From OCS155 cluster bacterium AG-422-J23 (GTDB lineage Bacteria; Actinomycetota; Acidimicrobiia; Actinomarinales; Actinomarinaceae): a stretch of DNA of 64,000 nt. The stretch is from positions 150,152 through 214,151 of the forward strand of contig QCMT01000002.1 of assembly GCA_003213625.1 (NCBI GenBank), written 5' to 3'. The translations under genes and the position numbers were made by a program. Numbering within the stretch: the first letter of the stretch is position 1; every line of letters begins with the position of its first letter. The notes beneath the pieces are model-generated. The model was not told the DNA's origin. It searched no databases and was given only the letters and a program-made list of their open reading frames with translations. This document shows positions 61,968 through 64,000 of this stretch, one piece after another.

Positions 61968-64000
61968 CTACAGCCTAAAGAGTTTCCACAGTTTAGGCAT
62001 TTATAGCAAGAACCATTTCTGATTGTTATGTGTCCACAGTCTGGACAAGCAGGAGCGTCTCCCATCATATCACCAAGAACTTCTTGCACGGTTGTTACGG
62101 AATTTGAAGTAGTCTCAGTTGTTTCTAAAGCTTCAACCTCTTTAACTTTTGTAACAAACCGCACTTCTTTTACTTCGTTTGAAACTTCTGTAGTTTTAGA
62201 ACTGCTTGGAGATTCTGTTTCTATTACCTCGCTTACGGGTTCAGTAATTTCCTCAACAGGAGCCGAAGCAGATTCTTGAACAGGAGCTGAATCAGATTCT
62301 TGAACAGGAGCTGAATCAGATTCTTGAACAGGAGCTGAAGGTGATTCTTCAGGTGGGTTCTGTACGATATCAGTTCTGTTTAGATATTCTAGACCTAGGG
62401 CTCTAAAAACATAATCAACAATTGAGTTGCTCATTTTTATATTTTCATGTCCTTCAACCATTCCTCGTGGTTCAAATGTTTGAAAAGTGAAAGTATCCAC
62501 AAATTCTTCAAGAGGAACACCATATTGAAGACCTTTAGATACTGCAATAGCAAAACATCCAAGCACTCCCTTGAGGGTCGCACCTTCTTTTGCGATATCT
62601 ATGAAAACTTCACCAAGTGTTCCATCTGGATATTCTCCGGTTCTTAGATATACTTTATGGCCTGCGATTTTTGCTTCTTGAGTCCACCCTTCTCTTCTTT
62701 CAGGCAATAAGAACCTCGGTCTTGTTGTTCCAGCATAGGCTTTTGTAGGACTTGTTCCAGCAGGATAATTTCCATGCATTAACATTGATTCACTTTCAAT
62801 TATTTCAGAGACTTGTGGATCAGTTTCTTCTGATTCACCATCATCTGAAGAGGCAGACAGTGGTTGAGATGCTTTTGATCCATCTCTATAAATTGCTATT
62901 GCTTTTATACCTAAACCTGCAGATTCGAAATAGCAGTTTTCTATATCCTCTATTGTTGCTTCATTAGGCATATTTACAGTTTTTGAAATCGCACCAGAAA
63001 TAAACGGTTGTGCTGCAGCCATCATTCTCACATGACCCATATAATGAATAAATCGCTCACCATCTTTTCCACATTTGTTAGCACAATCAAAGACACTAAG
63101 ATCTTCATCTTTTAGATGAGGAGCTCCCTCAATTGTTTGAGTTCCACAAATAAATTTGTTTGCTTCTGCTATTTCAGTTTTTGTAAATCCTAGTTTTTCT
63201 AAAAGATTGAAATCAAAAGACGTATATTCTTCTTCTTGGATATCAAGTCTTTGCATTGTTTCTTCACCAACAACAAATACATTAAATGCATGTTGAATTT
63301 CAAAAGCACCTGGTAAAGAATTTTCAATATTTTCTATATCCTGATCATTCAAACCTTTATCTTTTAGTGTTTCCTTATTAACAAATGGGGCGCTTTCTAA
63401 TGACATTGATCCAATAACATATTGAATTATTTCATCAGTTTGTTCATTGGTGTAACCGAGTGCATTCAATGCTGGGCCAATTGATTGGTTTGCTATTTTC
63501 ATGTAACCACCACCAGCTAGTTTCTTAAATTTCATTAATGCAAAGTCTGGTTCTACACCTGTTGTATCACAGTCCATGAGCAAACCAATAGTTCCAGTTG
63601 GAGCTAGTACGGTTGCCTGGGCATTTCTGTATCCAAATTTTTCGCCTAGTTCAAGGGCACCATCCCAAGATTCTTGTGCACCTTTTAGTAAATCATCAGG
63701 ACACAAGTCTTGATCTATTGGTAACAAGTCATGACTGATTCCAACATAATCACCAGAATCATAAGCTGCTTTTCTGTGGTTACTCATAACACGAAGCATA
63801 TTGTCTTTGTTTTCTGAATATTTTGGAAATGGTCCAACTATACTTGCCATCTCTGCAGAGGCTTTATAAGCTTCACCAGTCAACATTGCTGTTAAAGCAC
63901 CTGCAATAGCTCTACCTAATTCTGAGTCATACGCAATACCTTTTCTCATCAAAAGAGATCCAAGATTGGCATATCCCAAACCAAGTGTTCTGTAGTCATA
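61964..64000 (-). CDS. nrdJ: class II (adenosylcobalamin-dependent) ribonucleotide reductase, C-terminal two-thirds (partial; the 5' end lies beyond the window)
   Basis: The frame stays open to base 64000 (..YDYRTLGLGYANLGSLLM..). Conserved RNR blocks include APTGTIGLLMDCDTTGVEPDF, SGAISKTVNMP and a C-terminal CPDCG...CYKCLNCG zinc-ribbon-like tail. Confidence 0.88.
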   Translation of the reverse strand, partial: YDYRTLGLGYANLGSLLMRKGIAYDSELGRAIAGALTAMLTGEAYKASAEMASIVGPFPKYSENKDNMLRVMSNHRKAAYDSGDYVGISHDLLPIDQDLCPDDLLKGAQESWDGALELGEKFGYRNAQATVLAPTGTIGLLMDCDTTGVEPDFALMKFKKLAGGGYMKIANQSIGPALNALGYTNEQTDEIIQYVIGSMSLESAPFVNKETLKDKGLNDQDIENIENSLPGAFEIQHAFNVFVVGEETMQRLDIQEEEYTSFDFNLLEKLGFTKTEIAEANKFICGTQTIEGAPHLKDEDLSVFDCANKCGKDGERFIHYMGHVRMMAAAQPFISGAISKTVNMPNEATIEDIENCYFESAGLGIKAIAIYRDGSKASQPLSASSDDGESEETDPQVSEIIESESMLMHGNYPAGTSPTKAYAGTTRPRFLLPERREGWTQEAKIAGHKVYLRTGEYPDGTLGEVFIDIAKEGATLKGVLGCFAIAVSKGLQYGVPLEEFVDTFTFQTFEPRGMVEGHENIKMSNSIVDYVFRALGLEYLNRTDIVQNPPEESPSAPVQESDSAPVQESDSAPVQESASAPVEEITEPVSEVIETESPSSSKTTEVSNEVKEVRFVTKVKEVEALETTETTSNSVTTVQEVLGDMMGDAPACPDCGHITIRNGSCYKCLNCGNSLGCS
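62257..62352. repeat. 24-bp in-frame tandem repeat, about 4 units, inside nrdJ
   Basis: Units CAGGAGC(C/T)GAA(G/T)CAGATTCTTGAA at 62257, 62281 and 62305 (units 2 and 3 are identical), plus a diverged unit at 62329. They encode (SAPVQESD)n in the linker before the Cys-rich tail. Confidence 0.9.

Noticed and set aside
61964-63979. Treating the nrdJ ORF as complete, starting at 63979
   Set aside because: The 'M' in the ORF track is a TTG inside the conserved ..YDYRTLGLGYANLG.. block. The frame remains open to base 64000, so the gene is truncated by the window edge.
1-64000. CRISPR arrays, IS elements or transposases, integrases, prophage genes, toxin-antitoxin pairs, restriction or other defence systems
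   Set aside because: I looked for spaced direct repeats, DDE/tyrosine/serine recombinase motifs and typical defence ATPase or nuclease motifs in the ORF set and found none. The window is essentially all glycan biosynthesis. A computational repeat scan would be needed to be certain about short repeats.

Overview
This 64-kb window comes from a very AT-rich, tightly packed bacterial genome. Many neighbouring genes overlap by 1-17 nt, and several intergenic spacers are under 40 bp. By inference only, the style matches a streamlined marine or aquatic oligotroph such as the SAR11/Pelagibacterales hypervariable glycan regions.

Almost the whole window (about 2357-61967) is one giant cell-surface glycan biosynthesis and decoration island. 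It is bracketed by an AlkA-like DNA glycosylase on the left and a class II (B12-type) ribonucleotide reductase, nrdJ, on the right; nrdJ is partial and runs off the 3' edge.

Recognisable content:
- A WbaP-like initiating phosphotransferase.
- About 20 Leloir glycosyltransferases (GT2, GT4, GT8, GT11, GT26, exostosin-like, PF03407-like).
- Two Wzy/WaaL-type membrane proteins and an MsbA-like ABC exporter.
- rfbA and rfbB without rfbC/rfbD, and gmd plus fcl with a GT11 fucosyltransferase.
- A cupin plus DegT aminotransferase module.
- Four SAM methyltransferases.
- At least eight further large polytopic (GT-C-like) membrane proteins, partnered with four Dpm1/ArnC-like GT2 genes.
- argS, and five tRNA genes all on the minus strand (Phe-GAA, Asp-GUC, Lys-UUU, Arg-UCG, Val-UAC; folded by hand).

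I saw no rRNA, CRISPR array, transposase, integrase or phage genes.

The most interesting items are:
1. A divergent, translationally coupled module at 32244-38052: a tandem nucleotidyltransferase, a class II aldolase-like protein and a Dpm1-like GT2 on one side, and a GT-C::PRK/uridine-kinase-like fusion plus a HAD phosphatase on the other.
2. Twin divergently transcribed, membrane-anchored GSDH-type beta-propeller proteins at 55204-58733.
3. A 2.4-kb islet bounded by a 66-bp duplication of the 3' part of tRNA-Val. It carries a compositionally distinct lipoprotein gene and a 22-bp perfect repeat with 11-bp periodicity.
4. An Arn-like periplasmic aminosugar-transfer module at 43241-48196.
5. 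An fcl gene that appears to need an ATT start codon.

All family assignments come from motif recognition by eye. No searches were run.
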